Assembly: GCA_037141135.1 (NCBI GenBank)
Contig: JBAXDB010000001.1
Location: forward strand, 9,191 to 73,190
Direction of reading: 5' to 3'
Length of the DNA stretch: 64,000 nucleotides
Origin: a bacterium
GTDB taxonomy: Bacteria; Verrucomicrobiota; Kiritimatiellia; CAIKKV01; CAITUY01
The notes under the pieces: model-generated
The model's database searches: none
What the model saw: only the letters and a program-made list of their open reading frames with translations
What the model was told of the DNA's origin: nothing
In this document: positions 17,945 to 27,693 of the stretch, one piece after another
Layout of the letters: every line of letters begins with the position of its first letter
Position numbering within the stretch: the stretch's first letter is position 1
Made by a program: the position numbers and the translations under genes

Positions 17945-19342
17945 ATGAGAACCGAGCAGGATTCATTGGGTGAGCGGCAGGTGCCTGAGGGCGCACTCTA
18001 TGGTATTCACACGCTGCGGGCATTGGAGAATTTCCCGCTCAGCGGGCGTCCGGTGCATCCGGCGCTGGCCGCGGCGTATGGGACCGTGAAGCTCGCCTGC
18101 GTACGGACCAACCGGCGCCTTGGCATGTGGGCGGATGAGGCCCTGGTGGATGCCCTGGAGTCCGCCTGCCGCGAACTGATGGACGGGCGGCTGGTGGAGC
18201 ATATCCGCGTGGATGCCCTGCAGGGCGGTGCGGGAACATCCACCAACATGAACGTGAACGAGGTGCTGGCGAACCGGGCTCTGGAACTGCTCGGGCAACC
18301 GTGCGGCGCGTATAATGTCATTTCCCCACTCAACGATCTCAACCTGCACCAGTCCACGAATGACACCTTCCCCACGGCGTTGCGGCTGGCTGCCATCAGG
18401 AGTCTGCATGCCCTGGAGGCGCGGGTGACGTCCTTGCAGGAGGCCTTCCAGGCCAAGGAGAAAGAATTTGCGGATGTCGTCAAAGTCGGCCGAACGGAGT
18501 TTCAGGATGCGGTGTTGATCACGTTGGGGCGCGAAATGGGCGCGTATGCCGAGGCCTTTAATCGTGATCGCTGGCGACTCTACAAATGTGAGGAGCGGCT
18601 GCGCGTGGTGAATCTGGGCGGCACGGCCGTGGGCACTGGCCTGGGGGCGCCGCGTGATTACATCTTCCGCGTGGTGGATGAACTGCGCGAACTGACCGGC
18701 ATCGGTTTTGCGCGCGCCGAGAATCTGGTGGACGCCACGCAGAACACGGATGTGCTGGTGGAGGTATCTGGTATTCTCAAGGCCTGTGCGACCTCGCTCA
18801 TTAAGATTGCCAACGATGTACGGCTGCTTTCCAGCGGGCCGGATGCCGGGCTGGGCGAACTGCGACTGCCGGCGATGCAGGCTGGCTCCTCGATCATGCC
18901 GGGCAAGGTGAACCCGGTGATCCCCGAGGCGGTGGTGCAGGCCGCCTTGCGGGTGCTGGGCAATGACAGCACTATTGCCATGGCCTCGGCCATGGGCAGT
19001 CTGGAATTGAATGCGTTTATGCCGCTCATGGCGGATTGCCTGCTTGAAAGCCTGGATCTGTTAACCCGGGCCTGCGCCCTGTTCGATGAGCTTTGCGTAC
19101 GTGGTTTGGTCGCTTGTGCGGAGCAGTGTCGCGTACATGTTGATGGCACGGTCGCTGCCGCAACGGCGCTGGTGCCGGTGTTGGGCTATGAACGGGCTGC
19201 AGAGTTGGCCGCTGAAGTTGCAAGGTCCGGTCGGCCGCTGCGGGACCTGATAGTGGAGAGGGGCATTCTGACCGCCGAAGCTTTCACTGAACTAATTTCC
19301 GCCGAAGCCGTTTGCCGCCTCGGCCATCCTAAACAAAAATGA
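17945..19342 (+). CDS. aspartate ammonia-lyase/fumarase class II family protein embedded in the hyd maturase operon
   Basis: GSSIMPGKVNP is the fumarate-lyase signature. It is translationally coupled: 2 nt after hydG, with a 4-nt overlap to hydF. Confidence 0.85.
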   Translation: MRTEQDSLGERQVPEGALYGIHTLRALENFPLSGRPVHPALAAAYGTVKLACVRTNRRLGMWADEALVDALESACRELMDGRLVEHIRVDALQGGAGTSTNMNVNEVLANRALELLGQPCGAYNVISPLNDLNLHQSTNDTFPTALRLAAIRSLHALEARVTSLQEAFQAKEKEFADVVKVGRTEFQDAVLITLGREMGAYAEAFNRDRWRLYKCEERLRVVNLGGTAVGTGLGAPRDYIFRVVDELRELTGIGFARAENLVDATQNTDVLVEVSGILKACATSLIKIANDVRLLSSGPDAGLGELRLPAMQAGSSIMPGKVNPVIPEAVVQAALRVLGNDSTIAMASAMGSLELNAFMPLMADCLLESLDLLTRACALFDELCVRGLVACAEQCRVHVDGTVAAATALVPVLGYERAAELAAEVARSGRPLRDLIVERGILTAEAFTELISAEAVCRLGHPKQK

Positions 19343-20577
19343 ATAAGACTCCAAAAGGGTATCGGCTGCATATCGGCATCTTTGGCCGGCGCAATGTGGG
19401 CAAATCGAGCGTGCTGAATGCGATTACCAGTCAGCAGGTGTCGATCGTCTCCGACGTGGCCGGCACGACGACTGATCCGGTGGAGAAGCCCATGGAACTG
19501 CTGCCGCTCGGGCCGGTTCTCTTTATCGATACTGCCGGGGTGGATGATGAAGGCATGCTCGGCGACTTGCGCGTGCAGCGCACGAAGCAGGTGCTCGAAC
19601 GGACCGACCTGGGACTGATTATTACCGAGGGCCGCACATGGGGTTCCTACGAGCAGACGCTGGCGGCAGAACTCAAGCGGCGCAAGGTGACGGTTCTTGT
19701 TATCTTTAACAAATCGGATGTGGCCACTGTGGATGCGGACCTTATGGCCCGGCTTCTGGCCGAAGGTATTCGCAGTCTGGCCGTCTCGGCCCGGACGGGT
19801 GCGGGGATCCAATCGCTGCGGCGGCTCCTTGTGGAGTTGGCGCCGGAGGACTTTATTGCCAGTCCCAAGATTGCGGGCGATCTGGTGCCGCCGGGCGACT
19901 GTGCGGTGTTGGTGGTGCCGGTGGATAAAGAAGCGCCCAAGGGACGCCTGATTCTGCCGCAGGTGCAGACGATCCGTGATCTGCTGGACAACGATTCCTA
20001 TTGCCTGGTCGTCAAAGAACGCGAATTGCGTGAGGCCTTGGGGCGGCTGAACCGGCCTCCGGCGCTCGTGGTGACAGATTCCCAGGCGTTTCTCAAGGTG
20101 GCGGCGGATACGCCTGAGTCTGTGCCTCTGACATCGTTTTCGATTCTATTTGCCCGATTTCACGCGGATTTGGACGAGATGGTGCGGGGGGCTCTGGCGA
20201 TTGCGAAGCTCAAGGGCGGTGACCACGTTCTGATCGCCGAGGCCTGCTCGCATCACCCGATCGGTGAGGACATCGGCACGATCAAGATTCCGCGCTGGCT
20301 GACGCAGTATGTGGGTGGTAAGCTGGAGTTCGAGTACACCCGCGGTCATGATTTTCCTGCCGACCTGGCGAAGTACAAGCTCATCATTCATTGCGGGGCC
20401 TGCATGTGGAACCGGCGTGAGATGCTTTCGCGGCACCTGGTGGCACGGGAAGCTGGTGTGCCCATGACCAACTACGGGCTGGCGATTGCGTTCTCGCTCG
20501 GGATCTTTGAGCGCGCCCTGCGGCCCTTTCCCGGTGCCTATGAAATTTACCGGAAAAGTCAGGGAGTGACGATATGA
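19339..20577 (+). CDS. hydF: [FeFe]-hydrogenase maturase GTPase HydF
   Basis: The GTPase motifs GRRNVGKSS and DTAG are present, and the C-terminal cluster-binding motifs CSHHP and HCGAC. Confidence 0.9.
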   Translation: MNKTPKGYRLHIGIFGRRNVGKSSVLNAITSQQVSIVSDVAGTTTDPVEKPMELLPLGPVLFIDTAGVDDEGMLGDLRVQRTKQVLERTDLGLIITEGRTWGSYEQTLAAELKRRKVTVLVIFNKSDVATVDADLMARLLAEGIRSLAVSARTGAGIQSLRRLLVELAPEDFIASPKIAGDLVPPGDCAVLVVPVDKEAPKGRLILPQVQTIRDLLDNDSYCLVVKERELREALGRLNRPPALVVTDSQAFLKVAADTPESVPLTSFSILFARFHADLDEMVRGALAIAKLKGGDHVLIAEACSHHPIGEDIGTIKIPRWLTQYVGGKLEFEYTRGHDFPADLAKYKLIIHCGACMWNRREMLSRHLVAREAGVPMTNYGLAIAFSLGIFERALRPFPGAYEIYRKSQGVTI

Positions 20578-21710
20578 GTGCGCTGGCCGATCTGGTGCAA
20601 CAGACGGAATTCAGCCGCGAGGAGATTGCGTTCCTGCTGGGCAGGCGTGACAAGGCTGAAGTGGAAATGTTGCGTAAGGCTGCGGAGGCATTGTGCTTCG
20701 CCTGCGTGGGCAACAAGGTTCACTTCCGCGGACTGGTAGAGTTCTCAAACATCTGCGTGTGCGACTGTCACTACTGCGGGATCCGCAAAAGCAACCCGGC
20801 CCCAACGCGCTTCTTCCTGACCCTGGATGAGGTGATGCAAGCCGCGCACTGGTGCGCGGAGCAGGGCTACGGGTCGCTCGTGCTGCAGTCGGGTGAGCGG
20901 CGTGATGAGCCGTTCATCCAGTTTGTGGAAAATGCGGTCCGGATGATCAGGGCCGGGACGCGGACGGTGAAGCAGCCCGACGGGCTTGGCATCACCCTGT
21001 GTGTGGGGGAGCAGACGCGGGAGACCTATACGCGGTTCAAGGCGGCGGGAGCGCATCGTTACCTGCTGCGCATTGAATCGTCTTCTCCGCGGCTGTTTCG
21101 CCAGTTGCATCCCCCGGGGCAGACTCTTGAGCAGCGGGTGCAGTGTCTGCATTGGCTGCGCGAAGCGGGTTTCCAGGTGGGGACAGGCGTGATGATCGGG
21201 TTCCCCGGCCAGACGCTGGAAGACCTGGCGGATGATGTGCTGTTTTTCCAGTCGCAGGACGTGGATATGATTGGCATGGGGCCCTACATTGTGCATAAGC
21301 AGACGCCCATGGCGGTGCATGAGGCCGGGATGGCCCTGAGGCGCGATGAGATTTACCAGTTGGCGCTCAACATGATTGCGGTGACGCGGCTGGTACTGCG
21401 GAACGTGAACATTGCGGCGACCACGGCGCTTCAGGCGATGAAGCCCACGGGCCGTGAGGAAGGCCTGACCTATGGGGCCAACGTGATCATGCCGCAACTT
21501 ACCCCCACGGAGTTCCGCAAGGATTACCAGCTCTATGAAGGCAAGCCGTGTCTGGACGAAAATCGCGACTTGTGCAAGATGTGTCTTGAAAAGCGCATTG
21601 CCGGTATCGGCAGGGTCATTGGCTATCACGAATGGGGCGATTCGCGGCACGCCCGCGACCGGCAGGCCGCTGCGCCGCTTCATGAAGATCTGAATTGTCT
21701 TCAGCGATGA
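20574..21710 (+). CDS. hydE: [FeFe]-hydrogenase maturase HydE (radical SAM, BioB-like)
   Basis: The radical SAM motif is CVCDCHYCGIR. It overlaps hydF by 4 nt. Confidence 0.85.
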   Translation: MSALADLVQQTEFSREEIAFLLGRRDKAEVEMLRKAAEALCFACVGNKVHFRGLVEFSNICVCDCHYCGIRKSNPAPTRFFLTLDEVMQAAHWCAEQGYGSLVLQSGERRDEPFIQFVENAVRMIRAGTRTVKQPDGLGITLCVGEQTRETYTRFKAAGAHRYLLRIESSSPRLFRQLHPPGQTLEQRVQCLHWLREAGFQVGTGVMIGFPGQTLEDLADDVLFFQSQDVDMIGMGPYIVHKQTPMAVHEAGMALRRDEIYQLALNMIAVTRLVLRNVNIAATTALQAMKPTGREEGLTYGANVIMPQLTPTEFRKDYQLYEGKPCLDENRDLCKMCLEKRIAGIGRVIGYHEWGDSRHARDRQAAAPLHEDLNCLQR

Positions 21711-21732
21711 CTCCGCATACACTCTCGCCCCT

Positions 21733-22518
21733 ATGATTAGGTTGGCTAAAGATATTTTTGCGCGTCGTGATCTGCTTTCGATGCTGGTGGTCCGGAACGT
21801 CAAGATCCGCTATAAGGAGTCGGTTTTAGGGTTTCTCTGGACCCTGTTGGGGCCCGTTTTCCTGATTGCGATCTATGCCTTTTTCATGAAACTCATCATG
21901 AAGTTCCCGATGCCCATGACCGTGCTGGTGTCGGGTATTTTTGTCTGGCAATTCCTTGCCATGTGTCTTGGCGACTCATCTTTTGCCATTATCGGTAACG
22001 CCAATCTTGTTAAAAAAGCCTGCTTCCCGAGGGTGCTGCTGCCGTTGTCCATTGTGCTGGCCAATTTCGTGAATTTTCTGCTCTCCCTGCTGGTAATGCT
22101 GGTGTATTTGATGTTCATGGGACCTCATCTGGAGGGCTTCGCCTGGTTACCCCTGGCTATGGTGATTCATCTGGCGCTTTGCACAGGGGTCAGCCTGGCA
22201 CTAAGCGCCTTGAATGTTTTCTTCCGGGATGTCCAGCATATGACCGGTATCTTTACCATGGCGTGGTTTTTTCTGACCCCGGTGGTCTACGATATCTCCA
22301 TGATTTCTTCCATTACAGACAAGCATCCGATTCTCGGGCCGTTATATTTTTTGAATCCCATGGCCGGCATTCTGGCGCTTTACCGGTCGGCCTTGTTGGG
22401 GAGTCCGCTGCCGGATTTTTATTTGATTGCCCTCTCGATGGGAATGACATTCGTGGTGTTTGTGGCCGGAATAATGATTTTTCAAAAACTCCAACCCCGA
22501 TTTGCGGACGAGCTGTAA
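21733..22518 (+). CDS. ABC-2 type polysaccharide/O-antigen exporter permease (Wzm/KpsM/TagG-like)
   Basis: It has six TM helices and an ABC-2 family profile, followed by a Wzt-like ATPase. Confidence 0.75.
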   Translation: MIRLAKDIFARRDLLSMLVVRNVKIRYKESVLGFLWTLLGPVFLIAIYAFFMKLIMKFPMPMTVLVSGIFVWQFLAMCLGDSSFAIIGNANLVKKACFPRVLLPLSIVLANFVNFLLSLLVMLVYLMFMGPHLEGFAWLPLAMVIHLALCTGVSLALSALNVFFRDVQHMTGIFTMAWFFLTPVVYDISMISSITDKHPILGPLYFLNPMAGILALYRSALLGSPLPDFYLIALSMGMTFVVFVAGIMIFQKLQPRFADEL

Positions 22519-22519
22519 C

Positions 22520-23704
22520 ATGAGTGATATTGCCATACAGGTTGAAGGGGTGGGGAAGCGGTTCCGGTTAAGGAGTCCCGGTGGCCGCACATTGAAATCC
22601 ATGGTTATGGATATGATTCATGCGCCCGGAAGTGAGCGCGACCTATGGGCGTTGAAAGACGTTAATTTCACCGTCGAGCGCGGGACTACTTTGGGTTTAA
22701 TTGGAGCCAACGGGGCTGGCAAAAGCACGCTGCTGTCCGTATTGGCCGGAACCATGATTCCGACTGAAGGAAAGATCAGGACCACGGGTGTGATTTCCTC
22801 CCTGCTGGAACTCGGGGCGGGTTTCCATCCTGATCTCACGGGACGTGAAAATGTTTTCCTGGCCGGCGCCATCATGGGTTTGACGCGGGAACAAATGACC
22901 CGCCGGTTTGATGCCATTCTAAACTTTGCGGATATCGGCACCTTTATTGACCAGCCGGTGAAGCATTATTCTTCCGGTATGTATGTCCGGCTGGGATTTG
23001 CCGTGGCGGTCGAGGTGGATCCGGACATTCTTCTGATCGATGAAGTCCTTGCCGTCGGGGATGCTTCCTTTCAACGTAAGTGTCTGCGGCGGATGGCTGA
23101 TTTCCGCGAGCAGAAGAAGACGATGTTGATCATTTCACATGATCTGGGCACCATTCAATCCGTGAGTGATAAGATTCTGTTTCTGGATCATGGCCGGGTG
23201 TTGGGGCATGGGGATCCCGGTCAAGTGGTGGGCCAGTATGAAACGTTTGGGCGTAACCAGGCGAGTGCGGAACGGAGTCGGGAATGGGGTACGCGCGATG
23301 TCATTCTGACCGGTGCCGAATTTTCGGATGAGGCGGGAAATGCCACCACGAAATTCAAGTGGGGCGGCTCCCTGACGGTCCGGTTGAGCTATGAGGTCAA
23401 GAACCCGGTGGGGGCGTCGATTTTCGGGTTTGGGATTAGTGACGAGGCGGGGCGGTTGGTTCATGGAAGCAATACGGAGATTGCGTCCGTGACGATTCCG
23501 GGACTGTCCGGTTGCGGGCAGGTCGTATTGAAGCTTCCGCGCCTGAATCTGGCCCGGGGCACTTACTTTTTCTCGTTTTCAGTTCATTCGGCCGATCACA
23601 AGGTGAACTATCACCGGATGGACAATGCCTACGCCATCGGGGTGGAGACGGAAAAGAATTTTGAAGGAATCTGCCATATACCAAGCGAATGGAGCATAGG
23701 GTGA
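22520..23704 (+). CDS. ABC transporter ATP-binding protein Wzt/TagH-like with C-terminal carbohydrate-binding domain
   Basis: Walker A (GANGAGKST), the signature SSGMYVRLGFA, and Walker B (LLIDE) are present. About 150 aa of C-terminal extension are typical of Wzt O-antigen-binding domains. Confidence 0.8.
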   Translation: MSDIAIQVEGVGKRFRLRSPGGRTLKSMVMDMIHAPGSERDLWALKDVNFTVERGTTLGLIGANGAGKSTLLSVLAGTMIPTEGKIRTTGVISSLLELGAGFHPDLTGRENVFLAGAIMGLTREQMTRRFDAILNFADIGTFIDQPVKHYSSGMYVRLGFAVAVEVDPDILLIDEVLAVGDASFQRKCLRRMADFREQKKTMLIISHDLGTIQSVSDKILFLDHGRVLGHGDPGQVVGQYETFGRNQASAERSREWGTRDVILTGAEFSDEAGNATTKFKWGGSLTVRLSYEVKNPVGASIFGFGISDEAGRLVHGSNTEIASVTIPGLSGCGQVVLKLPRLNLARGTYFFSFSVHSADHKVNYHRMDNAYAIGVETEKNFEGICHIPSEWSIG

Positions 23705-24555
23705 GCAATCTTGCCGAAAATCCAGTTGTGCAGGACCTGATTGGCAGGGCTTTGGCCGAAGATATCGGCCAGGGCGATGTGACCACCTTGTCCGTGGTGC
23801 CTGAAACCAGTCGCGGTAAGGCTGTGATTCTGTCCCGTGGAAATTATGTGGTATCCGGGGGCTCTGTTGCAGAGGCGGTTTTCGCCAGGGTGGAACCTGC
23901 GCTCAGGTGCAAATGTCTGGTAGAGGATGGAACGACTGTAAAGCCGGATCAGGTATTGATGACCATTGAGGGGCCCATTAGCGGCATTCTTACTGGCGAG
24001 CGGACCGCGCTGAACTTTATGCAGCGGATGACTGGGATCGCCTCGCGCACCCGTGAATTTGTGGACAAGGTAAAGCCATTCGGGACTAAAATCCTTGATA
24101 CCCGCAAGACGACCCCCACGTTGCGCATTCTTGAAAAATATGCCGTGACTTGTGGTGGCGGGACTAATCACCGGATGGGGTTGTATGATATGGTGCTTAT
24201 CAAGGACAATCACCGTCGGCTTTGGCAGGAGGCTGGTATCAGCAATCTGCAGGGGGCGGTGGCTGCGGCGCGGGCCAGATTCCCCGGTATTCCCGTCGAG
24301 GTGGAAGTGGAATCCGAAGAGGAATTGTGTGATGCGTTGCGTGCCCGTCCCGAATGGATCATGCTGGATAACATGCCGCCTGAGCGGATGAAGGCATGTG
24401 TCGTTCTTTGCGCAAAACGCTGCAAGTTGGAGGCTTCAGGCGGGGTTTCACTGGCCACGGTTGCCTGCATTGCGGCCACGGGTGTGGATGCCATTTCCAT
24501 TGGCGGTTTGACTCATTCTGCGCCGGCAGCGGATTTATCATTGGAATTGGAATAA
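23689..24555 (+). CDS. nadC: nicotinate-nucleotide pyrophosphorylase (carboxylating), quinolinate phosphoribosyltransferase
   Basis: LTGERTALNFMQRMTGIAS...LDTRKTTP...IMLDNM are NadC hallmarks. Confidence 0.85.
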   Translation: MEHRVSNLAENPVVQDLIGRALAEDIGQGDVTTLSVVPETSRGKAVILSRGNYVVSGGSVAEAVFARVEPALRCKCLVEDGTTVKPDQVLMTIEGPISGILTGERTALNFMQRMTGIASRTREFVDKVKPFGTKILDTRKTTPTLRILEKYAVTCGGGTNHRMGLYDMVLIKDNHRRLWQEAGISNLQGAVAAARARFPGIPVEVEVESEEELCDALRARPEWIMLDNMPPERMKACVVLCAKRCKLEASGGVSLATVACIAATGVDAISIGGLTHSAPAADLSLELE

Positions 24556-25313
24556 TGGACTATTTTTTCGTTATAGATATCGGAAATACCAGCACCCATC
24601 TCGGACTGGCGCGTGGCCGGCGGATAATCCGTCAGGGCCGGATGCCGACGCGTGAGGGGCGTGATGAGCGTAAAATCATGGCGCTTTTGCGCAAAATGGC
24701 CGCAGGGCGAACGGTAAATGATGCGGTTCTATGTTCGGTGGTGCCTGGGCTTAATCCGCTATGGGGGCAGGTTCTCCAAAAACTATGCGGGAAGGCTCCC
24801 TTACTGGTGGGCCACCGCATTAATTTGAATATCAAGGTGGATTATCCGCAGCCCGAAACGATCGGTGCGGACCGGTTGGCGGATACGGCGGCCGCGTGGG
24901 AACGATATGAGTCCGCTGTGATTGTAGCCGATTTCGGCACGGCGCTGACCTTTGATGTGGTTACCGGTGATGGCCGTTACGTGGGGGGTGTGATTGCGCC
25001 CGGCCTGCCATTAATGACCGACTATCTTGCCGAGCGGACGGCCTTGTTGCCGGAGATCGGGTTAGATGGGAAGTTTAAAAACATCGGGCGCTCCACCAGT
25101 GAGGCCATGCGAATTGGAGTGGTGGTAGGTTATCGGGGTATGGTTCGTGAAATCCTCAATCATGTGAAGGCCGGGATGACTGAGCGCAAGATCCGGTTCT
25201 GTGCCACGGGCGGGTATGCCGGCCTGGCTTTGAAGGGTCTCGACACCCCGGTGGATATTATTCCGGATTTAACTTTGGATGGCCTGGTTTTATTGAGGGA
25301 GCTTAATCTCTGA
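24555..25313 (+). CDS. coaX: type III pantothenate kinase
   Basis: FVIDIGNTSTHLGL is the N-terminal ASKHA motif of CoaX. The ATG overlaps the nadC stop (TAATG). Confidence 0.8.
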   Translation: MDYFFVIDIGNTSTHLGLARGRRIIRQGRMPTREGRDERKIMALLRKMAAGRTVNDAVLCSVVPGLNPLWGQVLQKLCGKAPLLVGHRINLNIKVDYPQPETIGADRLADTAAAWERYESAVIVADFGTALTFDVVTGDGRYVGGVIAPGLPLMTDYLAERTALLPEIGLDGKFKNIGRSTSEAMRIGVVVGYRGMVREILNHVKAGMTERKIRFCATGGYAGLALKGLDTPVDIIPDLTLDGLVLLRELNL

Positions 25314-25771
25314 TGATTGGACGAATACTGGGTGTTGACTACGGGACAAAGCGGGTGGGGATTGCGATCAGTGATCCCATGGCCATGCTGGCGACCCCGC
25401 TATGCGTGGAGACGATACGCTCGGTCGACGAAGCGATAACCGCAGTGTGCCGGATTGCCCGTGACCGGGGTGCGGTCAAGATTGTTGTTGGGATTCCCAT
25501 AAATATGGATGGCTCCAGTGGTGCCATGGCCTTGGAGGCCGGGAAATTTGTCGAGTTGTTGCGGACGGCCAGTGGCTTGCCGGTGGACATTACCGATGAG
25601 CGTTTAAGCACCAGTTTGGTGGAGCGCATGCTGTTGCAGGCGGATGTATCCCGTGAACGGCGCAAGGAGGTTCGCGACAAACTGGCCGCCCAGGTTATTT
25701 TGCAGGGCTATCTGGACGCCAAGGAGTATAGTAGTAGGCAGTCGGCAGTAGACAGTGAACTTTCGACTTAA
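25313..25771 (+). CDS. ruvX: YqgF/RuvX Holliday-junction-resolvase-like putative pre-16S rRNA nuclease, with a heptamer-repeat-encoded C-terminal tail
   Basis: ILGVDYGTKRVGIAISD is the YqgF signature. The last ~12 codons are encoded by CAGT heptamer repeats. Confidence 0.8.
   Translation: MIGRILGVDYGTKRVGIAISDPMAMLATPLCVETIRSVDEAITAVCRIARDRGAVKIVVGIPINMDGSSGAMALEAGKFVELLRTASGLPVDITDERLSTSLVERMLLQADVSRERRKEVRDKLAAQVILQGYLDAKEYSSRQSAVDSELST
25725..25760. repeat. tandem CAGTNNN heptamers (about 3-5 units) at the 3' end of ruvX
   Basis: aggcagt cggcagt agacagt, preceded by degenerate agt-ending units. Confidence 0.6.
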
Positions 25772-26040
25772 GCTGTTGCTACACCAGTTGAATCTGACCC
25801 TCCCGGATCAGACTCCGCCAAGAATCTATGCGTCGACTTCCGATCACCAATACCTCGGTCCCAGCCACGTTGTCCGCTTTTCATAGGCGGGAACTGAATG
25901 GGTTTGATGATCTGAAATAATTACAATTTGACAGTTGCGTTGATTATATATTTATTGATGGACTTTTGAGCAACTCCCTGCTTTCCGCTGTGTTTGATGA
26001 GTTGCCCGGTGTGTGATGATAATTAAGGAATGTTGCTGAT

Positions 26041-27690
26041 ATGTCTACACGTGATTCTATGCCTTTTGATATTATTGGTGTGGGTTGTGGGGTGGCAACG
26101 CTCTCAACCGTGTTGCAACTGCTTAAACGTGTGAAGCGTGAGCCCGATGGTTCTCTTCAGGCCCCCAGCATTCTGATCATTGATAAGGCACCGTCGGTTG
26201 GGGCTCATAACTTGTCGGGGGCCGTTGTGGACACGGCGTCCCTGGCTGATCTGCTGGAATACGAAGATTTTGCAGGGTTGCCGCAGTATACCACGGTCAA
26301 AGAAGAGAGCTTTCGATATTTAACCCCAACCGGTTCGATGAAAGTCCCCTGGGTGCCGAAAACGATGCATGCGGAAGGCTATCCGATTGTATCCGTTTCC
26401 GCGCTGACCCGTCATCTGGCAGGTTTATGCGAAAGGGCCGGGGCCGAAATTTATTCGGGTTTTGCCGCCGTTGAGTTATTGAGGGAGAATGGACGCATCG
26501 TCGGGGTGCGCGTGGGCGACAAGGGGGTCGGTAAAAATGGCGAGCGCCGCTCGAGTTTTGAACTTGGGCCCGACTTGATGGCGTCCATGGTTATTCTGGG
26601 TGAAGGGGCTTGCGGCTTCCTGACCGAGAAGCTGTTTACTGATGAGGGTATGGCTGGCGCTAATCTCCAGACCTATGCGGTCGGCATCAAAGAATTGATT
26701 GAGACCCCCGAGTGCAAGGGGCGGGCCGGCACCATTATGCACGCTTTCGGATATCCTCTGGATTCCAAGACCTATGGGGGCGGGTTTATTTATTGCCTGA
26801 GTGACACCATGACGGCGGTTGGAATGGTCACCGCGCTGGATTACAGGAATCCCACGACCAATCCCCATGATCTGTTCAGGCTCTTTAAACATCACCCAGC
26901 GGTTCTTCCGTTCATTGCGGGAGGCAAGGTTTTGGAATACGGGGCCAAAGTCCTTCCTGAAGGAGGCATCAATTCCGTTCCCAAGTTGGTTGCGGATGGT
27001 GCTGTGATTGTGGGCGACGGTGCCGGGCTGAGTAATTCATTGCGCCTGAAAGGGGTTCATCTGGCGGTTCAATCTGGAATTGCCGCCGGGGATGCCTTGT
27101 TTGAGGGCTGGAAAAACAACAAGGATTTCTCCGTTGCCGCCCTGCAGAAATATCCTGAAAATCTTAAGGATTCGGTGCCCTGGCGTGAGTTGGAGAAGAT
27201 TAAGAACGTGCGGGCCGGTTTTACTTATGGATCCCTGCCTGGCATGGCGGTGATCGGGATGAGTCATTTCAGCTGCGGCCTGCTGCCGCCCGGGCGGATA
27301 GCCCTGGAAGAGGACCGGGAAGCAATGAAAGCCAAGGCGGATGTGAAGCCCTGCGCTTTGCCCCCGAAGGTTGGCGCGGATGAGGCGAATCTCCAGTTGG
27401 ACAGGCTCTCGGATTTATTCTTATCTAAAACGCACCATGAAGAAAACCAACCTTCTCATTTGAAAATTACGGACCCCGATAAGTGCAAGATTTGCATCAA
27501 GAAATATGGCGCCCCTTGCACGCTGTTCTGCCCTGCGCAAGTGTATGTGCTGACGGACGATCAACAGGGCATTCATATTGATTTTTCAAATTGTCTGCAC
27601 TGCAAGACCTGCCAGATAAAAGATCCCCTGAATAATATCCAGTGGACGCCCCCCGAAGGGGGTGGTGGTCCCGTGTATTCGAAGATGTAA
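26041..27690 (+). CDS. electron-transfer flavoprotein:quinone oxidoreductase (ETF-QO / FixC-like, with C-terminal 4Fe-4S domain)
   Basis: An N-terminal FAD Rossmann fold (DIIGVGCGVA) and C-terminal ferredoxin-like cysteines (CKICIKKYGAPCTLFCP, CLHCKTC) are present, at 549 aa. Confidence 0.8.
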   Translation: MSTRDSMPFDIIGVGCGVATLSTVLQLLKRVKREPDGSLQAPSILIIDKAPSVGAHNLSGAVVDTASLADLLEYEDFAGLPQYTTVKEESFRYLTPTGSMKVPWVPKTMHAEGYPIVSVSALTRHLAGLCERAGAEIYSGFAAVELLRENGRIVGVRVGDKGVGKNGERRSSFELGPDLMASMVILGEGACGFLTEKLFTDEGMAGANLQTYAVGIKELIETPECKGRAGTIMHAFGYPLDSKTYGGGFIYCLSDTMTAVGMVTALDYRNPTTNPHDLFRLFKHHPAVLPFIAGGKVLEYGAKVLPEGGINSVPKLVADGAVIVGDGAGLSNSLRLKGVHLAVQSGIAAGDALFEGWKNNKDFSVAALQKYPENLKDSVPWRELEKIKNVRAGFTYGSLPGMAVIGMSHFSCGLLPPGRIALEEDREAMKAKADVKPCALPPKVGADEANLQLDRLSDLFLSKTHHEENQPSHLKITDPDKCKICIKKYGAPCTLFCPAQVYVLTDDQQGIHIDFSNCLHCKTCQIKDPLNNIQWTPPEGGGGPVYSKM

Positions 27691-27693
27691 AGA

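Noticed and set aside
20745-21803. 352-aa minus-strand ORF
   Set aside because: It is entirely antisense to hydE. The product is Arg- and Pro-rich and low-complexity, as is typical of GC-rich shadow ORFs.
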